A DNA stretch of 64,000 bases, from positions 4,681 to 68,680 of the forward strand of contig CAVPGO010000041.1 of assembly GCA_963703975.1 (NCBI GenBank), read 5' to 3'. The notes below the pieces were generated by a model, which saw only the letters and a program-made list of their open reading frames with translations, ran no database searches and was not told the origin of the DNA. The stretch comes from an uncultured Actinomycetes bacterium. Its GTDB lineage: Bacteria; Actinomycetota; Thermoleophilia; Gaiellales; Gaiellaceae. A program made the position numbers and the translations under genes. The stretch's first letter is position 1; the number at the start of each line of letters is the position of its first letter. Shown here one piece after another: positions 1 to 9,279 of the stretch.

Positions 1-2648
1 CCGATCAGCGAGTCGCCCACGTCGTGCGTGAGCCAGTTCACCTTTGCCTCGGCGAAGTGCAGTGCCATCCAGACGAGACCCGGAAAGACGCGATCGGTGA
101 TCATCGCCTTCGCCTCGAGCTCACCACGCCGCGAGACGAGGCGCGCGAGGTCGCCGTCGGCGAGCCCGAGGTTCGACGCGTCCTCGACGGAGATCTCGAA
201 GAACGCCTCCTCCTGCTTCTCGGTGATGCCGTCTTCGCGCATCGTCATCGTGGCCGAGTTGTAGTGGTAGAGCGTGCGCCCGGTGGAGAGCACGAGCGGA
301 TACTCCGAGTCGGGCTCCTCGATCGGCGGCTGGAACTCGACCGGGAAGAACTTGCCCTTGCCGCCCGCCAGCGCCGGCCGCGGCGCGTGCAGGAACTGCG
401 TGCCGGGATGCCCGATCTCGGGACACGGCCACTGGATGCCGTCCTCCTGCAGCCGGTCGTAGCGAATCCCGTACCAGTTCGGGCACAGATCGGCGAGCTC
501 GTTCCAGACCGATTCGGCGTCGGGGTAGTCGGGCCAGTGCGCCCCGAGCCGGCGCGCCATGTCGATCACGATCTCGCGGTCGACGCGCGCGTCTCCCGGG
601 CACGGCACCGCGGTGCGCACGAGGTTCACCCGCCGCTCGGTGTTCGTGAACGTGCCGTCCTTCTCCGCGAACGACGACGCGGGTAGCACGACATGCGCGT
701 ACTTCTCCGACATCTCGTTGAGGAACAGGTCCTGACAGATGAGCAGCTCCATCTGTTCGAGGCCTTCCTCGACGTGGTGCGCGTTCGGCTCGGTTTGCGC
801 CGGGTTCTCGCCGATCAGGTAGAGCGCCTTCACGCGCCCGTCGTGGAGGCCCGACATCATCTGATCGAGCCGGTAGCCGACGGTCTCGGGCACCTCGATG
901 CCCCACGCCTCGGAGAACTTCTTCCTGATCTCGGGGTCGTCGACGGGCTGGTAGCCGGGCAGGTAGACCGGGTTGGCGCCGGAATCGTTCAGCCCCTGCA
1001 CGTTGTTCTGCCCGCGCAGCGCGTTGAGGCCGGTCGACTCGTAGCCGAGGTGGCCCGTCATGAGCACGAGGTTCGACAGCGACCAGATGTTGTTCACGCC
1101 GCAGGCGTGCTCGGTGATGCCGAGGGTGTAGAAGATGCCGGCGTGGCGCTCGCGGGCGTATGCGCGCGCCGCCCAGCGGATGTCGTCCGCGGGCACGCCT
1201 GTGACCAGCTCCGCCTCCTCGGGCGTGTACCGGGAGACGACCTCGCGCACCGCGTCGAAGTCCTCGGTGTTGGCGCGGATGTATTCCTCGTCCTCGAGCC
1301 CCTCGGCCAGGATCGTGTGCATCATCGCGTTCAGCAGCCAGACGTCCGTGCCGGGCCGCAGCTGCAGGTGCTTCGACGCGATCTTCGTGAGCCAGATCTT
1401 CCGCGGGTCGGCGACGACCAGCGTGGCCCCGTTGCGCACCGCCTTCTTGATGCGCAGCGCCAGCACCGGGTGCGCCTCGGTGGTGTTCGACCCGATCACG
1501 AGCAGGAAGCGGTCGTTCTCGATCTCGGGGATCGAATTGGTGCTCGCTCCTCTGCCCAACGACCTGACCAGGCCGTAAAGAGTCGGAGCGTGTCAGGTCG
1601 CTTCGCAGGAGTGGATGCTGTTGGTGCCGATCGCGGTGCGTCCGAGCTTCTGGATCAGGTAGTTCTCCTCGTTGGTCAGACGCGCGCTGGCGAGCACTCC
1701 CACTGCCTGCGGGCCGTGGCGGGCGATCACCTCCTTCATGCCGTCGGCCGCGACCTGCATGGCGTGCTCCCACGTCGCCTCGTGGAGCTCGCCGTCCTCG
1801 CCGCGCACGAGCGGCGTGGTGAGGCGGTCGGGGTGGTGGACGAAGTTGAAGGAGAAGCGCCCCTTGACGCAGAGGTTCCCCTGGTTGGAGACGTAGTGGG
1901 GCTCCGAGGTGACCTTGACGATCCGGTTCGTGGCCGGGTCGACGTTCAGGTCGAGCCGGCAGCCGACGCCGCAGAACGTGCAGGTCGTCTGCACCTTCGT
2001 CAGGGCGGCCTCGCGCCCGGCCGGGGCGCCCTCCTCGAACTTCTCGTAGATGGCCCCGGTGGGGCAGACCGAGAGACAGCCGCCGCACAGCTCGCACTCC
2101 GTGTCGAGCCACGACTTGCCCCAGGTGGGGACGATGCGCGCGTGCCCGCCGCGGCCCTCGATGGAGAGCGCCGAGCACTGCATCACCTCCTGCGTGTAGC
2201 GCACGCAGCGGGCGCAGAGGATGCAGGCGTCGGGGTCGTAGCCCATCAGCCGGTCGCGGTCCTCGTACGGCTCGCGCTTCGCGTCGGGAAGGAGGAACGG
2301 CGCGCGCGCGTCGAGCTCCGCTGCGAGGTCGGTGAGCTCGTTCGGCCGTCCGCCGGGCGACTCGTTGAGATGCTCGGCCAGGAGCATCTCGGTCAGCGTC
2401 TTGCGGAACTGTCCCGTCGATCCGTTCGTGGAGACGACCATGCCCGCCGCGACACGGGTCGCGCACGCAGGCAGCGGCCGCGGAGCGCCCTCGACGTCGA
2501 CGACGCACATGCGGCAGCCGCCATACGGGTCGAGCTTGTCGTCGTGACAGAGCGTCGGGATGAAGGTGCCGTAGCGTGCCGCGGCGTGGACGAGGAGCTC
2601 GCCCTCCGGCGCGCTCACGACCTTCCCGTCGAGGGTGAACTCGACCAT
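1..2648 (-). CDS. fdhF: Formate dehydrogenase alpha subunit (Mo/W-bisPGD), selenocysteine-containing; 3' end runs off the window
   Basis: ATG at 2648 (overlaps upstream TGA). N-terminal 2Fe-2S/4Fe-4S motifs (IPTLC..CRMC; CILCARC; CELCGGC; CTFCGVGC..NLCVKG). In-frame TGA at 1593-1595 in HSCEAT-U-HAPT. The same frame resumes in FDH-like sequence, including LRGQNNVQG and C-terminal HFAEAKVNWLT. Confidence 0.93.
1545..1590 (-). promoter_or_regulatory. Bacterial SECIS element directly 3' of the Sec UGA
   Basis: Minus strand reads UGA-CA-CGCUCC...ACGGCCU-GGUC-AGGUCGU...GGAGCG: upper stem with a GGUC apical loop and a lower CGCUCC/GGAGCG stem. Confidence 0.82.
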
Positions 2649-4231
2649 CACGAAGAACCTACCGCCTCGAGCGGTGTGAACAGCTCCGGCCAGATCTGCA
2701 TGGCGCAGCGCACCGGGATGGGGGAGGCCTGCCCGAGGCCGCAGATCGACGTCTTCTCCATCGCCACCAGCCATTCGTCGACCTGCCGGCGGGGCATGAC
2801 GGCCACGCCCTCCTGCAGCTGCTCGGCCACGTGGTGCAGCGCCCGGTTGCCGATCCGGCAGGGGGTGCATTTCTGGCACGACTCCTCCGCGAAGAAGCGC
2901 ATCGTCTCGGCCAGGAGCCGCAACGGGGAGTAGCCCTTGGGGAAGACCTGCACCGCCGCCGAGCCGACGCCGCACCCGAAGGTTGCCAGGCCGTCGCGCG
3001 TCAGCGGCGCATCGAGGGCGTCCGGTGGCAGGATCCCCGAGGCGGCGCCACCCGGCACGATCGCCCCGATCTCGTCGGTCGCGCCGCCCGCGTGGCCGTC
3101 CAGCAGCTCCCGCAATGTGATCCCGTTCGGCGCCTCGTAGCACCCCGGCGCGGCGACGCAGCCGGAGACGGACCACAGCCGCGTGCCCTTGGCGCCGTCG
3201 ACGCCGAGACCCGCCCACCAGGCGCCTCCTTCGCGCACGATCGCCGGCACGTGGGCGATCGTCTCCACGTTGTTGATCAGCGTCGGCCGGCCGAGATGAC
3301 CGAACTGGGTGGGGAAGGGCGGCTTCAGGCGCGGCATCGCCCGGCGGCCCTCCATCGACTCGAGCATCCCCGTCTCCTCGCCGGCGATGTAGGCGCCGGC
3401 GCCGACGACGAGCTCGAGGCTCAAACCGGCGAGCTGGCCGGCCCGAGCGAATTCGTCCAGCGCGGCCAGAAGCCGGTGCCTGGCGGTCGCATACTCCTCC
3501 CGGAGGTAGATGTACCCCTCGGCGATGCCGAGGGTGCGCATCGCGATCAGCGCGCCCTCCAGCAGGAGGTGCGGCCGGAGCTCCATGACGTAGCGGTCCT
3601 TGATCGTCCCCGGCTCGCCCTCGTCCGCGTTGACGGCGAGCACGCGCTCGCCATGCTCGCGCAGCAGCGACTCCCACTTGAGCCCGGTCGGGAAGCCGGC
3701 ACCGCCGTAGCCGGCCAGGCCCGCCGTCTTGAGCTCCTCGATGACGCGTTCCGCGGTGGGGACGCCGCGCAGCGCCCTCAGGCCACCGCGGGCCTCGTAG
3801 TCGGCCAGCGTCGCGTCCCCCCGGCCGAGCCCGAGCGCAGGCCCGTCGTTGGTGGCGTGGGTGACCGGCCGCTCCTCGCCGCCCGGGAGGATCGTGTCGC
3901 CGTACGTTGCGACGGGCGCCAGGTCACAGTGACCGAGGCAGGGCACCTCCATGGCGCCCTCGAGCCCACTGAGCAGCTCCCGCGCCCCCGCGCAGTCGCA
4001 GACCGGGCCGGTGCACACGCGGTACGTCTGCACGGGCACCTGCAGGAACGAGTAGAAGGAGACGACCTCGTGCACCTCGCCGCGGCGGATGCTCATGTGG
4101 TCGGCGAGCGCATCCGACAGGTCGGGTGTCACCGGCCCGACCTCGCGCCGCAGGTGGCCCAGGTTGTCGAGCAGCCTCGTTCGCTCCCGCGGCAACCCCG
4201 CGATCATCGTCGTCGCCCGCAGGACGTCCAT
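2648..4231 (-). CDS. Fused NuoE/NuoF-like diaphorase subunit (NADH/FMN-binding FDH beta subunit)
   Basis: N-terminal NuoE-like domain (VVSFY, CTGPVC, CLGHC), then GGAGFPTGLKW, NADEGEPG, GAGAYIAGEETG, ESCQKCTPCRIG. TAGACT -10 lies 7 nt before the ATG. Confidence 0.9.
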   Translation of the reverse strand: MDVLRATTMIAGLPRERTRLLDNLGHLRREVGPVTPDLSDALADHMSIRRGEVHEVVSFYSFLQVPVQTYRVCTGPVCDCAGARELLSGLEGAMEVPCLGHCDLAPVATYGDTILPGGEERPVTHATNDGPALGLGRGDATLADYEARGGLRALRGVPTAERVIEELKTAGLAGYGGAGFPTGLKWESLLREHGERVLAVNADEGEPGTIKDRYVMELRPHLLLEGALIAMRTLGIAEGYIYLREEYATARHRLLAALDEFARAGQLAGLSLELVVGAGAYIAGEETGMLESMEGRRAMPRLKPPFPTQFGHLGRPTLINNVETIAHVPAIVREGGAWWAGLGVDGAKGTRLWSVSGCVAAPGCYEAPNGITLRELLDGHAGGATDEIGAIVPGGAASGILPPDALDAPLTRDGLATFGCGVGSAAVQVFPKGYSPLRLLAETMRFFAEESCQKCTPCRIGNRALHHVAEQLQEGVAVMPRRQVDEWLVAMEKTSICGLGQASPIPVRCAMQIWPELFTPLEAVGSS

Positions 4232-4241
4232 CGGAGCGAGT

Positions 4242-4649
4242 CTAGTCCGGCGGGTTGCGCAGCCGCTTCACGTCGGCGCGGCGGCGCTTTTCGGCCAGCC
4301 GCCGCTCTCGCGCCGCGGCGGTCGGGGTCGTCGGCACCCGCCGCCGCTGGACACGCAGGCCTTCGCGCAGCTTCTCGGTCAGCCGTTCGACGGCCAGCTC
4401 GCGGTTGCGCGCCTGGCTGCGCTCGTCCTGGCTGACCGCGCGGACGACCGGGCCAAGCCTGCCGATCGCGCGGCGTCTCTGTGTCTCGGTCAGGGCCGTC
4501 GTCGCGGTCAAGTCGATGCTCGCCTCGACGCGCGTCCTCGACGTGTTCGCGTGCTGACCGCCGGGCCCGCTGGAGCGGGACGTGCGCAGCCGGATCTCCG
4601 CCAGGGGGATGGAGACAGAGCGGGTGACCCGAATAGACTCCGCCTCCAT
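4242..4649 (-). CDS. arfB: Alternative ribosome rescue peptidyl-tRNA hydrolase ArfB
   Basis: SRSSGPGGQHAN (GGQ motif), RSQARNR, basic C-terminal tail. Confidence 0.9.
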   Translation of the reverse strand: MEAESIRVTRSVSIPLAEIRLRTSRSSGPGGQHANTSRTRVEASIDLTATTALTETQRRRAIGRLGPVVRAVSQDERSQARNRELAVERLTEKLREGLRVQRRRVPTTPTAAARERRLAEKRRRADVKRLRNPPD

Positions 4650-5424
4650 GGCGTGCATTCTCCTGGACATCGACGGCGTCCTGCACGTCTCGGGCACGCC
4701 GATCGCCGGTGCGGTCGAGGCCGTCACCCAGTTGCGCGACAACGGCCACTCGCTGCGCTTCGTGACGAACAACTCCACGCAGCCGCGGGCGACGCTGGTC
4801 GAGGAGCTTCGCGGCCTCGGGTTGGAGCTGGACGACGACGAGCTGCAGACGACACCGATCGCCGCGGCCCGCGAGCTCTCCGGCCGGCGCGTCCTTGCGC
4901 TCGTGATGCCCGGTGTGGTGCCCGACCTCGAGGGGGTCGAGCTGGTGGGCGAAGGCGCCGACGCGGTGCTCCTCGGCGGGTGCGACGAGTCCGTCGAGCC
5001 CAACAACGTGTTCAGCTACATGAACCTCGCGCGCGCCTTCGCCGAGCTGCAGGCGGGAGCCGCCTTCTACTGCCTGCACAAGAACCGCTGGTGGCAGACG
5101 GAACGCGGCCCACTGCTGGACGGCGGCGCGTTCGTGGCCGGCCTGGAGTACGCATCCGGTGTGGAGGCGACGGTGCTCGGCAAGCCCTCGCCGGCCTACT
5201 TCGCCGCAGCGCTCAAGGCGCTCGTCGCCGAGCCCGAGCTGACCTGGATGGTCGGCGACGATCTCGAGGCCGACATCCGCGGCGCGCAGGGGTTCGGCAT
5301 GCGCACCGCACTCGTCCGCACCGGAAAGTTCCGGCCGGAGGTGCTCGAGATGTCGGATGTCGTGCCGGATGTGGTGCTCAGCTCGGTCGCGCAGCTGCCC
5401 GAGTGGCTCGAGCGGTCGCTCTGA
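4648..5424 (+). CDS. HAD-superfamily subclass IIA hydrolase (LHPP/HDHD2-like)
   Basis: LDIDGVL, FVTNNS, LGKPS, MVGDDLEADI, VRTGKF motifs. Confidence 0.88.
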   Translation: MACILLDIDGVLHVSGTPIAGAVEAVTQLRDNGHSLRFVTNNSTQPRATLVEELRGLGLELDDDELQTTPIAAARELSGRRVLALVMPGVVPDLEGVELVGEGADAVLLGGCDESVEPNNVFSYMNLARAFAELQAGAAFYCLHKNRWWQTERGPLLDGGAFVAGLEYASGVEATVLGKPSPAYFAAALKALVAEPELTWMVGDDLEADIRGAQGFGMRTALVRTGKFRPEVLEMSDVVPDVVLSSVAQLPEWLERSL

Positions 5425-5427
5425 GGC

Positions 5428-5814
5428 ATGGCGGTTCGCGTCGGCACCGATCTCATCGAGCTCGAGCGTATCCGGCGCGCGCTCGAGCGCCCCGGCTTCC
5501 GCGACCGCTGCTTCACCGTGGCGGAACAGGCGTACTGCGACGGCAAGCGCAACCCGGCCGAGAGCTACGCGGCGCGCTTCTGCGGCAAGGAGGCGGTCGG
5601 GAAGGCGCTCGGCTGCGGCGTCCGCTTCACCTGGAAAGAGATCGAGATCGTCGGCAGGCAGAAACCCGGCGTGACACTGAGCGGCAAGACGCTCGCTTTC
5701 GCGGAGCGGGTCGGGTTGCGCGAACTCGACGTCTCGCTCACCCACTCGCACACCATGGCAGGCGCCGTCTGCGTCGCGGACGTCGACCGTGCGCCGCCGC
5801 CATGGCGAGCCTGA
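5428..5814 (+). CDS. acpS: Holo-[acyl-carrier-protein] synthase
   Basis: VGTDLIE, AARFCGKEAVGKALG, VSLTHS motifs; typical acpS-nnr-alr context. Confidence 0.92.
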   Translation: MAVRVGTDLIELERIRRALERPGFRDRCFTVAEQAYCDGKRNPAESYAARFCGKEAVGKALGCGVRFTWKEIEIVGRQKPGVTLSGKTLAFAERVGLRELDVSLTHSHTMAGAVCVADVDRAPPPWRA

Positions 5815-7172
5815 CCGTGCTCGAGCCCCTGTACACGGCTGCCGAGATGCGGGCCGTGGAGGAGCTGTACCCGGGCTACCCGCAAACCGCGCCCGAGCTC
5901 ATGGAGCGAGCCGGGGCCGCCATCGCGCGCGAAGCGATGCGGGCCTTCCCTCGCGCCCGCCGCTTCGCCGTCGTCTGCGGCGCGGGCGCCAACGGCGGGG
6001 ATGGTCGGATCGCTGCGCACGTCCTGCGCGAGGCGGGTCGCGATGCAGTCGAGACGGACGAGCCCGAAGGCTACGACGTCGTCGTGGACGCGCTGTTCGG
6101 GACGGGCTTCCACGGCGCGCCGCGACCGCAGGCCGCGGCGCTGATCGAGCGCATGAACGCGAGCGGCGCACCGGTGATCGCGGTCGACCTGCCCTCGGGC
6201 GTCGACGGCTCGACCGGCGAGGTGGCGGGGGTCGCCGTGAACGCGTCGCTGACGGTCACGCTCCACGGGCGCAAGCTCGGGCTCGTCGCCGGCCCCGGGC
6301 GCTTTCATGCCGGCCGCGTCGTCGTCGCCGATATCGGTCTCCGGCCTGCGGAGACCGCCGCCCATCGCGCCACCAAGGGGGTCCTCCGCAGCGTGCCGCG
6401 CCGCGCGCCGCACGACTCGAAGTACTCGGCGGGCGCGGTGCTCGTGGTCGGCGGCTCACCGGGCATGACGGGCGCGGCAGTACTCACCGCGATCGCTGCG
6501 TTGCGGGCGGACGCGGGCTACGTGACCTTGGCCGTGCCGCACGAATCGCTTGCCGTGGCGGAGACGCTCGCGCTCGAGCCGGTGAAGCGCGGCTTCGACT
6601 GGGGCACCGCCGTCGACCAGCTGTCCGCCGACGCGCGGCGATGCAACGCTCTCGCGATCGGTCCGGGTCTGGGACGCACGGGCGAGGCTCGAGGGCTCGT
6701 GTCCGCCCTGTTGCGCCGAGTCGGCCTCCCCGCGGTCGTCGACGCCGACGCGCTGTACGGCTTCGAGCCGGTGGAGCGCACCGCGCCGACCGTGCTCACT
6801 CCGCACGCAGGCGAGCTGGCGCGCCTGCTCGATGTCGACGCGGCGTGGATCGGCGCGCACCGCCTCGAGGCTGCGGCGCGGGGTGCGGAGCGCTTCGGCT
6901 GCGTCGTCCTGCTCAAGGGGGCGGACACGATCGTGCAGGCGCCGGGCTGCGCGCCGGTGCTCTGCGATCTCGGCCCGCCCTCGCTCGCCACGGCGGGCAG
7001 CGGAGACGTGCTCACCGGCGTGATCGGCTCGTTCCTGGCCAAGGGGCTGGACGCGCAGAGCGCAGCGGTCGCCGCCGCGGTCGCGCACGGGATCGCGGCG
7101 GCATCCGTGCCACACCAGTCCGGCCTGGTGGCGTCGGACGTGGCGGCGGCGCTTCCGGCGGCTCTGTCCTAG
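5802..7172 (+). CDS. nnr: Bifunctional NAD(P)H-hydrate epimerase/dehydratase
   Basis: YTAAEMR, GANGGDG, VVDALFGTG, VDLPSG, GPGLG, VVDADAL, TPHAGEL, LATAGSGDVLTG. Confidence 0.92.
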   Translation: MASLTVLEPLYTAAEMRAVEELYPGYPQTAPELMERAGAAIAREAMRAFPRARRFAVVCGAGANGGDGRIAAHVLREAGRDAVETDEPEGYDVVVDALFGTGFHGAPRPQAAALIERMNASGAPVIAVDLPSGVDGSTGEVAGVAVNASLTVTLHGRKLGLVAGPGRFHAGRVVVADIGLRPAETAAHRATKGVLRSVPRRAPHDSKYSAGAVLVVGGSPGMTGAAVLTAIAALRADAGYVTLAVPHESLAVAETLALEPVKRGFDWGTAVDQLSADARRCNALAIGPGLGRTGEARGLVSALLRRVGLPAVVDADALYGFEPVERTAPTVLTPHAGELARLLDVDAAWIGAHRLEAAARGAERFGCVVLLKGADTIVQAPGCAPVLCDLGPPSLATAGSGDVLTGVIGSFLAKGLDAQSAAVAAAVAHGIAAASVPHQSGLVASDVAAALPAALS

Positions 7173-7271
7173 GCCTCACTGGCGCGAGTTACCCCTTCTG
7201 GGGGAGGGAGGGGTAGCCGATTCGGCCGATCTTGGGGTCGTCTCGATCCCGTATGACCGAAGGAGCCATCG

Positions 7272-7631
7272 ATGAAGCAGAAGAAGCGCCGATACGCGCT
7301 CGCAGCCTTGCTCGCGGCGATCTTTGCGGCCGTCGGCTTCGCATTCGCGGCCGCGAACACGGTGCCGACGTCCTACGCGGGCGAGGGGTCGGGCACGGTC
7401 TCGGGGTTCACCGTGGCGAGCATTCACTACACGCTAGACACGAGCAACCCGGCCAACATCACCGGCGTCTCGTTCACGCTCTCGCCGTCTCCGGCCGGCA
7501 CCGCGACCGTGCGTGCGGCTCTCAACGCCGGTGCGTACGTCAACTGCACCGTGGCTGCCGGAACGTGGAGCTGCCCCGTCGCCGGGACCGTGCTCGTCGC
7601 GACGTCACTCAAGGTCGTCGCCGCCGATTAG
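7272..7631 (+). CDS. Small secreted protein with SipW-class-like signal peptide (candidate major pilin/fibre subunit)
   Basis: Strong AAGGAG SD. Basic n-region and hydrophobic h-region, then G-F-AFAAANTVPTSYAG. Beta-rich Ser/Thr/Gly body with a Cys pair. Directly upstream of a SipW-type peptidase. Confidence 0.75.
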   Translation: MKQKKRRYALAALLAAIFAAVGFAFAAANTVPTSYAGEGSGTVSGFTVASIHYTLDTSNPANITGVSFTLSPSPAGTATVRAALNAGAYVNCTVAAGTWSCPVAGTVLVATSLKVVAAD

Positions 7632-7692
7632 CGCCTGACGCGGCCGGGCGTGCGAGGAGAACTGCGCGCCCGGCCGAACAGCGCATGCAGCC

Positions 7693-9279
7693 GTGAACCG
7701 TCCATCTCGCAACCGACTGGTAGGCGGGCTCCTCACGCTCGCTCTCGTTGTCGTCGCCTGGCTCTTGCTCGCGCCCACCCAGATCGGCGGGCGCACCGGC
7801 TACGCCGTGATCAAGGGCAACTCGATGGAGCCGGGGCTGCACCAGGGCGATCTGGTACTGGTGCGCAGCCGCTCCTCGTACGGCGTCGGCGATGCCGTCC
7901 TCTTCGAGAGCGCCACCCTCGGCTCGGCCCATGTGCTCCACCGCGTCGTCAGGATCGAAGGCGGGCGCTTCGTCACCCGGGGTGACAACCGCAGCCAGGT
8001 CGACCCCGGCCGCTTCACCGATGGAGCGGTCGTCGGTGAGCTCTGGCTCACCGTCCCTGCAGTCGGCTCGGCCGTGGAGTGGGTGGCTCGGCCGCTGCAC
8101 CTCGCGCTGCTCGCCTTCCTGCTCGCCTTCCTCGTGCTCGCCGGTGGCCGCGAGGTCTCGCGGCGGAGGCAGGGGCCACAGGCCGCGCCGGTGAGGGCCG
8201 AGCCGGTCGCCGGCGGCGAGCCACTGCCGGGCCGCGGGTACTCCGTCACGGGCTCGGTGCTCGTGGCAGGGCTCGCAGCGGGAGTGCTGTTCGCCGCGCT
8301 CGCGCTGCTGGCGTGGTCGCGGCCCAGCACCGAGGTGAAACAGGTGCCCGGCGGGTATGTCCAGCACGGCACGTTCACCTACGACGCCGACGTGCGCCGC
8401 AGTGCCGTCTACCCGACCGGCAGCGTGGACACCGGCCAGGCCATCTTCACCCAGCTCGTCGACAGCGTTCGGTTCGCCTTCGCCTACCACTTCGCGTCGG
8501 AAGAGCGCGCGTCGCTCCGCGGCGCGATCGGCCTTGACGCCGTCGTCTCCGACGGAGACGGTTGGAGCCGCTCGCTCGCGCTTGCCCCCATGCGGCCGTT
8601 CATCGGCCGCGACGCGAACATCGACGGGGTGCTCGACCTGGGCCGGCTCGAGCGCGTCGTCACCCGCATGCGCGCGCTGACGAAGGCGACTGCGCCGTCG
8701 TTCGTGGTCACGGTCGCACCGCGGGTGCAGACGGCCGGCTACGCCGGCTCGACCGTGATCGACGCCGAGTTCCAGCCGAGCCTGCCCTTCAGCTACGACA
8801 CCCTGTCCCTGCGGCTCGACGGAGCGGGCGGCGAGGAGCCCTTGCTGGCTCCGAGCGCGGACGGCGTCACGACCGCGGTTCGAACAGCGAGGGTCGGTGC
8901 GGGCCCGGTGTCGATCGCCACCGCGGACGCGAGGGTGATCGCGGCGGTCGGCGTCCTCGTCTCCCTGCTCCTCGTGGCGGGCTCGGCGCTCCTGCTGGCG
9001 CGGGAGGCGCCCGGAACCGAGGTCGACATGTTGCACGTGCGCTACGGCCATCGCGTCGTCGACGCCGGGATTCAAATCCCCGACGGGCGCTGGGTATCCG
9101 ACGTCGAAGACGCAGAGAGCCTCGGTGTGATCGCCGAGCACTACGACCGGGTGATTCTCCACAGCGTCGAGCCCGGCGGCGACGTCTACGTCGTCGACGA
9201 CGGTCTCGCCGTCTACCGCTACCGCACGGCATCCGCGACGGCGGCCGCGACGTCCGTCTCCCCGGCGCCCGGAAGATGA
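7693..9279 (+). CDS. SipW/Sec11-type signal peptidase I fused to a large membrane-anchored DUF5305-like domain
   Basis: Ser-His type S26 motifs GNSMEP, GDLV, VLHRVV, TRGDN..D in the N-terminal ~130 aa. Followed by TM segments, a ~220-aa beta-rich domain, another TM and a cytoplasmic tail ending YVVDDGLAVYRY. Confidence 0.8.
   Translation: MNRPSRNRLVGGLLTLALVVVAWLLLAPTQIGGRTGYAVIKGNSMEPGLHQGDLVLVRSRSSYGVGDAVLFESATLGSAHVLHRVVRIEGGRFVTRGDNRSQVDPGRFTDGAVVGELWLTVPAVGSAVEWVARPLHLALLAFLLAFLVLAGGREVSRRRQGPQAAPVRAEPVAGGEPLPGRGYSVTGSVLVAGLAAGVLFAALALLAWSRPSTEVKQVPGGYVQHGTFTYDADVRRSAVYPTGSVDTGQAIFTQLVDSVRFAFAYHFASEERASLRGAIGLDAVVSDGDGWSRSLALAPMRPFIGRDANIDGVLDLGRLERVVTRMRALTKATAPSFVVTVAPRVQTAGYAGSTVIDAEFQPSLPFSYDTLSLRLDGAGGEEPLLAPSADGVTTAVRTARVGAGPVSIATADARVIAAVGVLVSLLLVAGSALLLAREAPGTEVDMLHVRYGHRVVDAGIQIPDGRWVSDVEDAESLGVIAEHYDRVILHSVEPGGDVYVVDDGLAVYRYRTASATAAATSVSPAPGR

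Noticed and set aside
1593-1595. fdhF as a nonsense pseudogene
   Set aside because: The TGA falls on the catalytic Cys/Sec position and is followed by a SECIS-like hairpin.
121-2933. Long alternative-frame ORFs (e.g. 121-2508, 693-2933, 35302-38172 and many similar)
   Set aside because: Arg/Ala/Pro-rich shadow frames expected in very high-GC DNA; they overlap genes with clear family motifs.
2648-4231. Electron-bifurcating FDH complex
   Set aside because: The NuoF-like subunit lacks the extra C-terminal ferredoxin domain of HydB/HylB and carries a complex-I-like EGEPG..KDR segment.
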